Below are positions 11,507 through 25,727 of a stretch of DNA of 64,000 nucleotides, in pieces. Within the stretch, counting starts at the first letter, position 1, and each line of letters opens with the position of its first letter. The notes under the pieces were generated by a model, which ran no database searches, was not told where the DNA came from, and was given only the letters and a program-made list of their open reading frames with translations. A program made the translations under genes and the position numbers. This DNA is from Octopus vulgaris (Eukaryota): NCBI GenBank assembly GCA_951406725.2, contig OX597819.1, forward strand, positions 1,426,001 through 1,490,000, in the 5' to 3' direction.

Positions 11507-12077
11507 TTGGGTCATCTCATAAGTAATGATGTTTTTTCAATTGCAGGGGAACGGGATAAACTACCTGCATCAACTTGCTATAAAAGCAGATAGTAATTTT
11601 ACCTTCTCTTATTCTTCGTGCAAGTTTTGAAGAGTGCAGTTCGATTTTAACAGTTGTTTTTTCAAAGCTATAATGGAAGTGACAAAGGAGCATATTCGGT
11701 ATATTTTGTTTTATGAGTTCAATAAAGGCAATAACACAATGGAAAGTGTGAGGAATATTAATGCAATATATGGGGATCGGACAATAAGCATAAGCCAGTG
11801 TCAACAGTGGTTCCAGAAATTCTGAGCTGGAAACTACAGCCTAGGAGACGAGCCTCGTGCTGGAAGATCTGTAGAACTTGACGAGGACGTCCTGAAAACC
11901 CTGGTGGAACAAACTCCCATCGTAACTGTTGAGGAACTAGCAAAGAAGCTTGGATTTGGTCATTCAAACCATTCATCGTCACCTGCGTGCCATCGGAAAA
12001 GTCAGCAAATTGGGTCAATTGGTTCCTCACAAACTTTCCGAGTCTAATCGCGCGAAGAGAGTGAATGTGTGCTCTTC
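11507..12077 (+). mobile_element. 3'-truncated mariner transposon (5' end plus DNA-binding domain pseudogene)
   Basis: TA followed by TTGGGTCATCTCATAAGTAATG; MEVTKEHIRYILFYEFNKG...QQWFQKF*AGNYSLGDEPRAGRS..., then a frameshift to IHRHLRAIGKVSKLGQLVPHKLS (WVPHEL-like). Ends at a SINE B fragment (12078-12127). Confidence 0.88.
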
Positions 12078-12425
12078 AAGACTTTGGTCGACTCAAGGCC
12101 ATAGTAGAAGACAATTGCTCAAGGTGTCAATCTATAACGAGAAATAAATTTCTTCAGTTTGAGAACATTAAAAATTTCTAACGAATATTGGATGACTGAA
12201 AAAAGGCAGAGCTACTGTTGATGTGATTTCTTGACTTTGTCACAAAGAAATTCAAGACAGACTCAGTACTGGGGTAGTTATCTAAAGCCCATGGCCCATG
12301 GTAGAAATGCTAACAAGCTTGTTGTAGGCTTGTGTTTACAATAAGAAAGCGTACTCGAAACACACACACACATGCACACACACACACGCACGCACACACA
12401 CATACACCCAAACACGCACACTTAT

Positions 12426-12466
<41 letters not shown>

Positions 12467-12467
12467 A

Positions 12468-12498
<31 letters not shown>

Positions 12499-12500
<2 letters not shown>

Positions 12501-12878
12501 GAGGCGCAATGGTCCAGTGGTTAGGGCAGCGGACTCGCGGTCGTAGGATCGCGGTTTCGATTCCCAGACCGGGCATTGTGAGTGTTTATTTGGCGAAAAC
12601 ACCTAAAGCTCCACGAAGCTCTGGCAAGGGGTGGTGACAAACCCTGCTGTACTCTTTCACCATAACTTTCTCTCACTCTTACTTCCCGTTTCTGTTGTAC
12701 CTGTATTTCAAAGCGCCAGCCTCGTCACATTCTGTGTCACGCTGAATCTTCCTGAGAACTACATTGAGGATACACGTGTCTGTGGAGTGCTCAGCCACTT
12801 GCACGTTAATTTCACGAGCAGGCTTTTCTGTTGATCGGATCAACTGGAACCCTCGTCGTTGCAACCGATGGAGTGCCA
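12499..12878 (+). mobile_element. tRNA-derived SINE type C, full length
   Basis: A box TGGTCCAGTGG and B box GGTTTCGATTCC in a tRNA-like head; 3' part shared with 37605-37933; ends in (CCA)n. Confidence 0.85.
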
Positions 12879-13012
12879 CCACCACCACCACGTATTATGG
12901 AACCAGATAATCTAAACCGATATTTTCTGTGTCATGGACGCTGCTATATGTACACATACATGCATACATGCATACATACATACATACATACATACATACA
13001 TACATACATACA

Positions 13013-13043
<31 letters not shown>

Positions 13044-13429
13044 GTATTTGCATGTATGGTGGTTGTCAACTCGTAGACGAATATGACCCTCACCAGCAAA
13101 TTATCTTATCCTAGAGGTTAAAGACAATGTCTGTCAGTAATACCCGAGCTGAAATTTAAAGTCAATAACAGAATGCACAACACCACTAAGATTCTCATCT
13201 ACAAAGCCAAGTAGTTCAGAAAGCAGAAAGAGCAAGATCTCCGCCGCGGTGTCGACAGAATAAATAGCAGTTGAATACTAGGAATCGATGTAATCGACTT
13301 GCGACAAAATTTGAAACCGATATTTTCAAATAGAGCTCTATGATGTTTAGTTTGAAAAAATAGCGTTCTGGAGTCCATTAATGTTTTAAAAGCTCATCAT
13401 CTGGATAGAATGGTTCCAAGGATGTGTTG

Positions 13430-13600
13430 TCACATTTTTGGAAGGCTGCAAGGAATAATGAGAATGATGTTGCAACTGCCCAAATCGTCATCAGCAGAAT
13501 TATTTCACGGCCTACACCTGATTACTTTCACAATTTATCTTACATTTAGTTCTCCGCGATGCGGTTTTAACTAGGTTGTGACTTTAGAAACTTTAATGTG
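13430..13600 (-). mobile_element. Possible decayed RTE RT fragment (ADD motif)
   Basis: Minus strand REII (frameshift) SADD, similar to RELLFADD. A SINE A tail fragment lies nearby at 13248-13300. Confidence 0.3.
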
Positions 13601-15125
13601 AGATAGTTATCGTTTCGAATCTGAATGAAGTGATATTTTCAGATTCCAAATGGTCCTGATAGCACTTGTCAGACTGGAGTTTTAGCGTTTCACCCATTTT
13701 TTTTAAATCTTAGAATTTGCCCTCAGATATTTTATTACAATTCATATTTGAAATTTTATCTATCAATGTTTATAGCTTGTTACTTCTCATATTCTTATGT
13801 TTTGTTCTTGCTATAGACATCGAAATTAAGGCCGATGGTCAACTATCTCTAATCATTACATTATAGAGGCTGAGGTGGTATTGTTAATTTATACCACTTC
13901 ACAGATAATGTAGTGCTAACAGGGAAAACTTGATTTCTGTTGTACAAACAGCACACAGTCGCACACGTTTCTTGGTCTTCTACATCATATTGAGTTCATA
14001 TTAAATCATGACATGTGGTTTTAGAAACTATTATACTAAACTGCATATATGCACATGTATGTATGTATGTATGTATGTATGTATGTATGTATGTATGTAT
14101 GTATGTATGTATGTATGTATGTATGTATGTATGTATGTATGTATGTATGTATGTATGTATGTATGTTTGTGTGTGCGTGCGTGTGAGTGCGTACGTGTGT
14201 GTATGTGTGTATTAGTTCATGTGCTATGGCGAAAAGAGATTTATTGGTCTTCTCCATGTTCACATATGCTCAAAAAAGTTTCACTCAATACGCTATACTC
14301 TTCCACCTCTCATAGCAAGTTTTATTAAAAATCAGATCAATAAAACCTCTACCTACGTTAAAATAATCTAGGAAATGGCAGTGACTGGAATTATCCAATA
14401 TTCCACTTCAAGGCAATATGTAACTTTAATTTTCATTGGAGCAAGAAATATAAGTTTCAAATTTCAAAGAAGGCGTCGTTAAAGAGAACTACGTTCGTTT
14501 CCTCGGAGTTTTAAGCAGTTACTCTCCAATAGACAAAATTTACTTTTAGCTGAAAACGCGATCGGGTTCCTCAATACAAAATGTGTCAGCTTGTAACCAA
14601 AGGTAACCTATATTATGTAGGTCATCAGGCGACAGGCTGGATGTAAGAATATAGAAAAAGAAACGTATGGCATCTTAATTAGGATCGTTATTGTTTCATC
14701 ACTTTTGCAGCCACGGGTAGATCGTATATATTAGGGGGCATAACTCTTTAATATCTATAATTAAAAATAAACTCCGGTAGAGAGAGTTTTGAAATAGATT
14801 TTAGTTCTTTATGGAAGAATGTCATGCGACTACATAGAAATTCTTTCACTGGCGGCCGTGTGCAAGAGTTGCGAGATATGTAACACAGACATACACACTC
14901 ATATATGTCTTTTTGTATGTATGTATGTATGTATGTATGTATGTATGTATGTATGTATGTATGTATGTATGTATGTATATGTATACATATATACGCATAT
15001 ATATTAGAGACATGTATATATATATATATATATGTATATTTGTGTATGTATGTATATATATATATACATACATATACATAAGTTTATATAGACTTACATT
15101 ACAAAATTATATACATATATATATA

Positions 15126-15175
<50 letters not shown>

Positions 15176-15191
15176 ACATATAATATGATAT

Positions 15192-15239
<48 letters not shown>

Positions 15240-15276
15240 ATACATATATTAATGTATATCTATATGATATCTGGTT

Positions 15277-15332
<56 letters not shown>

Positions 15333-15719
15333 TTCAGTCATTTTAACTGCGGCCATGCTGGAGCACTGACTTTAGTCGAACGTATATATATTTTAAAAGC
15401 TTTAGCTTTCATGAAACATACGACCTGTTTGCACTTACGTCATAAATGTCCTTGGGAAATGTATGAACACTGCAACATACTGATGTTCTTCCATTATAAG
15501 TGTGACACAATTTGTATAAGAAATCATATATACAGAAATGTGCGAACGTATATATACACACACGTGAACGCGCGCGCACACACAGAGGCATATGTGTATC
15601 GCCAGATAAGTGTACGTTATCACGTGTACGTATCAACACTTGCAATTTTGTATGTATCACGACGTTAGCATACACCTGTGCGTTGGTTTTGTATTTAAGA
15701 GAGAGAGAGAAAGAGAGAG

Positions 15720-15808
<89 letters not shown>

Positions 15809-16087
15809 ATGAATGACTGAAGAGATATCAAAAACGGGATAAAATAACTGTGTACTTTCCATTAAATAATGAGAAGCTAAGTTTACGTAAACGTCTTAAT
15901 TTTCTAGAATAATTCTTTGAAAAATATTGTAGGGGAAACTGCGGGAAGATAAAATGTGAAGTCGTCATTGTTTATCGTTGGAAAAATATTTATATTGCCG
16001 GTCAGGAGAGCAATGTTAGTTTAGCCAAGTAGTCGAATATCTGTCTCTTTAGCGTGTGCACAAATATGTTTGTGCGAGCGCGTTCGA

Positions 16088-16118
<31 letters not shown>

Positions 16119-16129
16119 GAATGCATATA

Positions 16130-16248
<119 letters not shown>

Positions 16249-16254
16249 TATATA

Positions 16255-16301
<47 letters not shown>

Positions 16302-16305
16302 TTAC

Positions 16306-16423
<118 letters not shown>

Positions 16424-16559
16424 TTTATAAATATGTGTGTGTGTATGTATTTATATATATATTTACATACATATATAGGTACATATAGATACTGATATAT
16501 ATATGTATGCATATATATGCATATATGTGTATATGTATCTGTGAGTGAGTGTATATGCG

Positions 16560-16852
16560 TGCTGTGTAGTCAAGATCACGTATAGACATCTTCACGACCA
16601 TCGGACTATCAGACCCGCCATCCTTGGCCCTGCGAAGTACTGTGGGAATGATACCCGGAGAAAGGTTGGGGCGAGGGGACGGCACCAGCATTTGTCTGGC
16701 ATTCACTTACAGCTTAGTAGACTGCAACCATGTGAAATGAAGTGACTTGTTCAAGGACACAATACAATACATAATCCCCTTGACAGGAATCGAACTGATG
16801 ATCTTATGGTTGTAAGGGCTAATGGAGTAAGCACTTGATACCGCGCCTTCCT
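16560..16852 (-). mobile_element. Diverged tRNA-derived SINE with CORE-like segment and a distinct tail
   Basis: Minus strand AGTTCGATTCC B box, then TTGTGTCCTTGAACAAGTCACTTCATTTCAC as in types D and C2; tail not seen elsewhere in the window. Confidence 0.6.
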
Positions 16853-16862
16853 ATATATATAT

Positions 16863-16901
<39 letters not shown>

Positions 16902-16915
16902 ATATATATATATAT

Positions 16916-17001
<86 letters not shown>

Positions 17002-17002
17002 G

Positions 17003-17168
<166 letters not shown>

Positions 17169-18504
17169 TAAATATATATATATATATATACATACACATA
17201 CAAGCATGTATGTATGTATGTGTGTGTGTATGTATGTATGTATGTATGTATGTATGTATGTATGTATGTATGTATGTATGTATGTATGTGTGTATGTATG
17301 TATGTATGTATGTATGTATGTATGTATAAACATACGGAATAGTGGTTTCACGCTGCTTTGAAATACAATCAAGCGAATAAACAACTCAATAACGTGTAAT
17401 CATATGATTTATTCCAAGCCGAGTGTCGTCTGTAAGTCGCTGCACGTCGCTCTTTTTATTCTAAGAAATAAACTCCTACAGACTTCGTTTTGAAAAACTA
17501 ATATTACACACACACATACACAGGCAGTCGTGTGCCTATAGGTGCGTGCGTATGGGACATATACATACGCGCATGCATACACATTTTACATACACACATT
17601 TATGTGTATGTATTTGCGTATGCGTGTGTATATTTATAAGCATATATATATATATATTTGTGTGTGTATATACTCCCACTCAGTCAGTATAGATATGAGA
17701 ACGGGTGAGAAAAGCGAATGATTGAATGTAGAAAGATGGATGGAAAATGGAATTGTTATTAAGTACATAGAATAAATAGAACATTCCAAAGAATGAAAGG
17801 TGGAGAGAATGAACTGTCAAGTAACAGAGAGGGTGTTGTATGTAGAGAGATAGAGATAAGTACCAACCAACATTAATGCATATATTAGCTGAGTCCATCG
17901 TCATATTTTTTCTCTATGGCTTTTCTATGACATTATTCTGTATAAATTACCTTCTATATCCCAATATCTTCCATAAAATTGCTTATTTAACAGCATCAAG
18001 CAAAATTTTTTATATATATATATAATAATAACTGATTATTTTTTTCATTCTATCACTGAATGCTGTAAGACATCTCCCACTAACTTTTCCTTGTATCTTT
18101 GTTAGAAGCAGCGATGTTGTTTCAATTGAAAATATAAAAATCTCACTACCACTTGCTTTCAGTCTCTTGTCATCGTCGTCGTAATCATCGTTGACGACGC
18201 CGTGAATATTATTGTCACTTTCGCCGAACGTTTTCGACTTCATTGGAATCATCATTCTACCGCTTCCACCACCTCGTCTCCATCACTACCACCACTGCAA
18301 CCACAACCATTATCCGCCACCACTATTACTACTACCATTGTAAACTCAAATGTAATCATCATAATCAGAAATAAGAGCAGCAGGGACATCGCCACCGTGC
18401 CCGCCATCATACATACACTAGCATCACTGCTATTACAAATATTACCTTGTTTCATCGACTATGTTCTCATAATTCGATAACCACCTATATTCCTAATGTA
18501 GCTC

Positions 18505-18571
18505 TTATCGCCGACGACGTCGACGTTGCCGCCGCCGCCACTGCCGCCGCCGCCGCCGCCGCTGCCGCTGC

Positions 18572-18602
<31 letters not shown>

Positions 18603-18915
18603 ATCACCATCATCCACATCAATACTATTATCGTCATCGCTGCTGTCGCATCCCCCTCCTCAATACCAATAACTATAAAAGATATCTGCTGTTTAGTCTA
18701 ACCTTACTGTTGTTTCTGCTGTTGCTGCTACAGCTGCTGCGGCTGCTGCTGTTGATCCTATTCTTGCTGCTGCTTCTGATGATGTGGCGGCGCTCATGTG
18801 CAATGTACAGTGCGGCGGCGGACGATAAACATGAATTACGGCTGTAGCTGGGTGCTCATATCGCCACAACCGATCTCGACAGCGGTGCGGCCTTACGCAG
18901 AAGGGCGCCCCTGAA
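18505..18915. promoter_or_regulatory. GC/CpG-rich island with (GCC)n/(GTC)n/(GCT)n; candidate promoter or 5' UTR
   Basis: Most GC/CpG-dense non-TE stretch I noticed, directly upstream of the candidate first coding exon. Confidence 0.4.
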
Positions 18916-19082
18916 AGCTGTTTTTAAGCAATTGTTAACAGCTAAATGCCACTGTCTTCTTCGATACAAAAAGGACTAGTGGATGACCCCAGTAACACAG
19001 TGGAGCTGGTCTTTAGCATTTACATGGCACCTCCCTTTCGGACTAACAACCGGTTGAAAATACAGATTCTACATATTCCACT

Positions 19083-19158
19083 ATGCGTCTCCCCATGACA
19101 TCTGTAGGAAGGGCATTGTTTCTTGTCGTGCTTGTATATGCCCAAGTGAATTTACAAG
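19083..19158 (+). CDS. Candidate first coding exon encoding a signal peptide (secreted or membrane protein)
   Basis: In-frame upstream TAA (19044-19046); ACT-ATG start with A at -3; MRLPMTSVGRALFLVVLVYAQVNLQ has a basic n-region and hydrophobic h-region; perfect phase-1 donor AAG|GTAAGT followed by AT-rich intron-like sequence. Confidence 0.55.
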
Positions 19159-20169
19159 GTAAGTCGCTTTACATAATAAATATCTTCAGTTACCTAGCTA
19201 CAGGCAAAAAAAAAAGAAGAAAAATCAAACATAAAAATGTTTAATTGTTAAGGAAAATGTTAATAAAATTAATACGTATAGAATATAAAATAAAATGTAA
19301 ACTGTGAATGATAAAATAAAGATATTAAATTTGTAATAAATTGAATATTAAAATAATGAGTAAATAATGAATTATGAAAGAATGAGAGAGATAAAGGATG
19401 AACTCGTAAGGAAATATAAGTAAATGGAAAATAAGGGCGGGGATTAAGAAGGGGTGGGAGTAGAATATGTGAAAAATCAAATATGAAATCAGTTACATAG
19501 AAATAAAATGGGGGAACATTTCATTTTTCAAAATCTTTGTGCTATTTAGGCATGAAATGTGTCAAAATGATCATTTCTCTGATGTATTTCTATGAAAAAA
19601 TGAAGAAAATAAGAATAAAGCTTGAATTTAGCATATCGTAGAAATAAGACTGAATGTATGAAAATTAAAGCTTTCAATTCAATTTCAGAGATATTAAAAT
19701 ATCAAAGAAAGAGAGTGGATGTAAAAAGTGGTGAAGAGTTACACAGATACAACAGGCGTTTAGAGAAGGAAGACATATCAGATGAAGTGATAGGAAGAGT
19801 GAGAAAGAAAAGAGAGAGAGAGAAGAAATAGAGATAGCGAAAGAAGAAGAGGGAGAGAGGGAGAGAGAGAGAAAGGAGGAGAAAGATGAACGGAAAGAGA
19901 ATGCGAAGGCGAAAGTGAAACAGAAAGAGTGAAGGAATGAGGAAGGGGAAAGAGTGTGGAAGGGGAAAGAGAAGTGTGTGGAAAGGTGCGAGAGGAGTCA
20001 GACTTGTTGAGGATATTTTAAGCAAGGGTTCAGGGGAATCGAAATAAAATTGAAGAAAACCTCGTCCATATTAAAGAAAAAGTATAAAAAAAACAATATT
20101 TATACAAGGGACAACATAAACACATATATGTATATACATACATTCATATACATATACACACACATGCAT

Positions 20170-20226
20170 ATGATTGATTGATTGATTCTAGTTTCAGCTC
20201 ACGAGCTGTGGCCATGCTGGGGCACT
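20170..20226 (-). mobile_element. Orphan LINE 3' tail (extreme 5' truncation)
   Basis: TCTAGTTTCAGCTCACGAGCTGTGGCCATGCTGGGGCAC matches the LINE end at 62605-62648 and the copy at 23878. Confidence 0.65.
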
Positions 20227-20277
20227 GTTTGTGTAAGAATGTATGTATATATGTCTGTCTGTCTGTTTGTATGTATG

Positions 20278-20310
<33 letters not shown>

Positions 20311-20503
20311 ATATATAAGGGGGCAACAGTATACAAGCATGAATATAAGTTTATAATATATGTACATATGTTCTGGTATATGTATGTGTATATACATACA
20401 TACATATGAATATATATATAGATGTATACGCATTTATGTCTATATATGTATAAATACATATATGTATACAAATATATATGTATATATGATATATATATAT
20501 GTA

Positions 20504-20574
<71 letters not shown>

Positions 20575-20999
20575 TCATATATACATATTTATATTACTAT
20601 GCATTATGACATACATAATTATATCTCTTTAACAAGTTCTCTATCTATTCTTCTATCTAAATTCCTCTTCAGCTCTTCATATTTTCCCTTCACATGATAC
20701 ACACACACACACACACACACTCACACACACATGCATATGTTTATGTTTACGTATGCATGTAAGTACATTCATACATGTACCTATCTATCTATCTATCTCT
20801 CTCTCTCATTCTATCTATCTCTTTGTCTGTCTGTCTGCCTGCCTGTCTGTCCTCCTGTCTGTCTGTCTGTATGTCTATCTATCTTTCTATCTACATGTAA
20901 ATATACCTCTCTATATGTATACACACACACACATATATATATATATACACACATACATATACAAATAATACACATACACACACACACACAAACACACAA

Positions 21000-21038
<39 letters not shown>

Positions 21039-21192
21039 AATATATATACCAATATATGTTTGTCTATGAACAATATGTGTGTATATGTATACACACATAC
21101 TCACACACATATATAAACAGTATATATATAAGTGTTGTATATGTATATTTAAAACAATGTATATAGGAATATGTATATTTTACGCATATGTA

Positions 21193-21223
<31 letters not shown>

Positions 21224-21311
21224 GAATGTATATATACACCTTCAGCATTAAATACATGTATAAATTTATGATTATATTTAAATATATGTCCTTAAGTACA
21301 CACTCACACAG

Positions 21312-21345
<34 letters not shown>

Positions 21346-22034
21346 ACACACACACAAACACACACACACATACACACACACACGTATATATATATATATA
21401 TATGTAATGTATATATATATATACGTAAGGTATATATATATATACAGACACGCACGCATATATACATGTATATATGTATATATACATACATACATACATA
21501 CATGCATATATATAAATATATACACACACAAACACACACGCATGCACACACGCACATATACACGCAGACATATATATATGTGTGTATCTGAATGTGTAAA
21601 TCTAAAACTCCACACATCAATATGCGAATTGGTATAAGTGTGTGTATGCATGTATACATCTCTCACTCTGTCTGTAGGTATATGTGTGTGTAAGCGTGTG
21701 CGTGCGTGTGTGAGTGTGTGTGAATGTGTGTGTGAATGTCTGCGTGTGTGAGAATATGTCCATGTGAGTTTGTGTGTATGTGTATGTGTGTGTGTGTGTG
21801 CTTGTGTCTGTGCGTGTGAGTGTATGCGAGTGTACATAATTCTGTTTTAGCAGAGCAGTAGCAATAACCAGTAGTTAGAACTCAGTGTACTTACACTTGT
21901 AATGCGCAGCGTTGCTAAACCTTGGTGGTAGTGGTGGTCGTGGTGGAGGTGCGAATTCACTAACGTCGGAAGGTCAGCAAACAGCGTAACATACATTACT
22001 AAAAGAGTGACAAAAACTATATACGCTTATAGAC

Positions 22035-22190
<156 letters not shown>

Positions 22191-22459
22191 TAAATATATA
22201 TATATATACACATAAATATATATATATATATACATAAATATATAAGTATATATATATATATATACTTATATATTTATGTATATATATGTATATATACTGA
22301 TAGATATATATATATATATATGCATGCACATATAATCATATATGTGCATATATAAGTATATATACATATGCATATATACATGTGTGTGTATATATATATA
22401 TATACATACACATATATACATATATACATAGATATATACATATACATATATATATACAC

Positions 22460-22504
<45 letters not shown>

Positions 22505-23031
22505 TATAAACATATATATACATACATACGTATATATATGTATATATATTTATACACGCAAATGCACGCACACACATGCATATATATGTATGTATATATA
22601 TATGTATAGATAGATAGATATGTATAGCCACTAGAGATAAGATGAGCATAGGTAATTAGCACACACACACATACACATAGAGAAGACACACACACACACA
22701 TACGCAGCTATACACTTGCACACACATACACACACATATATATAACCATAGACATTATATGCATAGATAGAAGCATATAAGTCTATGTAGACCTATGAAG
22801 AATTATGCATTTCAATATGCATATGTATATATGCAAATATGTTTGCAATTAAAGCACACATGAATGCGTGTACATGCATACATTCATACATACATACATA
22901 ATTGTAAATGATATTATGTATAATATATATAATCATATATAACTTTAGATTATATATATGTATGTGTATATAAATATATATATATATGCGTATGTGTGTG
23001 TATATATATATATATACACATACGTACATAT

Positions 23032-23080
<49 letters not shown>

Positions 23081-23178
23081 CAGGTATATATATAGGTGCA
23101 TACATAGTTAGTACATATATATATATATAATACATATGAACATACATGTATACTATGTAAGCATAAAACCGTAAATAC

Positions 23179-23233
<55 letters not shown>

Positions 23234-23267
23234 ATATGTACATATATGCATATATACTTTTAGGGTG

Positions 23268-23476
<209 letters not shown>

Positions 23477-23694
23477 AATATATATATATATAAGTATATG
23501 TATATGTTTATGCGTATGGTGAATTATCTCTAACCCCTGCGCAAATATTTATGTGTTTATATATAGACATTTATACAGAAATGTGCAAACGTATTTTGTA
23601 CATGTTTGTACAGATACACAAACCCATACACCCCCGCACACACATACGTATAAATTCGTAGATGTATATATGCATTTTCATATATACTTATACG

Positions 23695-23730
<36 letters not shown>

Positions 23731-23877
23731 CACATACACATGTATCTGTATACATGCGGCCTTATATGTTCATAATTACATACCTATAAAATATACAAGA
23801 TATATTTGTATATTCATATATATTGTATATATATATATAGGTTCTCATATATGTTCTCATAATATATGTTCTCATAA

Positions 23878-23943
23878 ATGGCGGTGCCCCAGCATGGCCA
23901 CAGCTCGTGAGTTGAAACTAGATAAAATAAAATAAAATAAAAT
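23878..23943 (+). mobile_element. Orphan LINE 3' tail with (TAAAA)n
   Basis: GGCGGTGCCCCAGCATGGCCACAGCTCGTGAGTTGAAACTAGA followed by (TAAAA)n. Confidence 0.65.
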
Positions 23944-24419
23944 ATATATATATATAATATATATGCAATATATATATATATTGTATTTAATATGCATACA
24001 CTTTACATACATGTATTTATATTTATGATACATATATTTTGTATATATATTATATATATGGCATATGTAATATATATATAATTGCGTTTAGACATTTATA
24101 TCTATATACATGTAAATACATATATACAAGTATGTATTTATATACACGTATACACCAATACATGCATTCATGCATTCATCCATCCTTCAAAAAATATATA
24201 TACATATATATGTGAGCGTGTGGTGCGTATACATACATATATATGTATGTATTATATAAATGTATAAATATATAGGTGTTTGTGTGAGTGTGTTTGTGCG
24301 TGCAAATGTATACATATCTATACATACATACATACATACATATATACATATATACATACATATATACATACATACATATATACATACATATATATATATA
24401 TCATCAAATCATACTATAC

Positions 24420-24486
<67 letters not shown>

Positions 24487-24916
24487 TAGAGAGGGACTCT
24501 TACTCTTGCACATACATGTGTTTGGAAGGATCTGCTTTTGTTTTAAGCATGTAATACTAAACATGTCATCCAAACATAGTTGTGTTGGAAACGTACCCTA
24601 CATACACTGTATTATCTAATTTGTAACCACAGATTTACTGCATATGTTAGGGCACAAGACTTCGAGAACTTTCGTGTCTTATCATCAGAATGCAGTACAT
24701 ATGACTGCGTGTTCGTTGCACGCTTTTCCGTAAATCGCAATGGATCACGGGAATAATTCGACATATAAACTCGCAAACACCGAATTTAAAAGCTGTTAAG
24801 CAACGAATTTTTTTTATTTATTCCTTGGTTCATTTTGTGCTTTCATGTATCTATATCACGTAATCTTTCTTAAAGCGTAATTCGCCTTTTTAAGTTTGGC
24901 TACATATCATTAGAAG

Positions 24917-24971
<55 letters not shown>

Positions 24972-25037
24972 TACCTATATACGTATTTAGAAACTATATA
25001 AGTGTGTGTACGTATATGATATATATTACATTCATAC

Positions 25038-25083
<46 letters not shown>

Positions 25084-25663
25084 GTATGTAAATATATGTA
25101 TATATATATATTGCATATATATGTAATATATATATATATACACATATAAGAATACTTTTTAATATATACTTATCGTTATACACACACACACACAAGCGTA
25201 TATATATATATATATGTACATTTATAAATTATATATATATTTTGTAAGTATATACGTATCTTTATATTTATACGGATATATGTTTATATATGTTTATGTG
25301 TTTTATATATTTATTCACACACACACACACATATATGAGCGCGCACGCACGCGCGCACGCACAAATGCACATGCACAGACATATGTTTATACACACACAT
25401 GCATCCAAACACATGCATATTATATGATACACGGTTTCATCTGATGATAATCTTTTAGGTTAACAGATGTGGCCTTAACAGATGAGGCGTTAACAGATGT
25501 CATTCGGTGATAATTCTTTTAGGATGAAACCATGACTGCTTTGAATAAAATGGAAAAAGAATTTCTCTACGTCTGTATCATCTGAACAATGCTTATCTTT
25601 GAACAATTTCAACGAAGAGATAAGATAATAATACGCATGTGAGAGTTTATGCAAATGAATATT

Positions 25664-25727
<64 letters not shown>

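Noticed and set aside
12499-12572. tRNA gene
   Set aside because: A and B boxes are present, but the sequence continues into a SINE body shared with other copies and I could not form a clean cloverleaf.
18447-18701. Poly-Ala/Val ORF as a transcription factor exon
   Set aside because: No ATG start or convincing splice sites; it is a mosaic of trinucleotide repeats.
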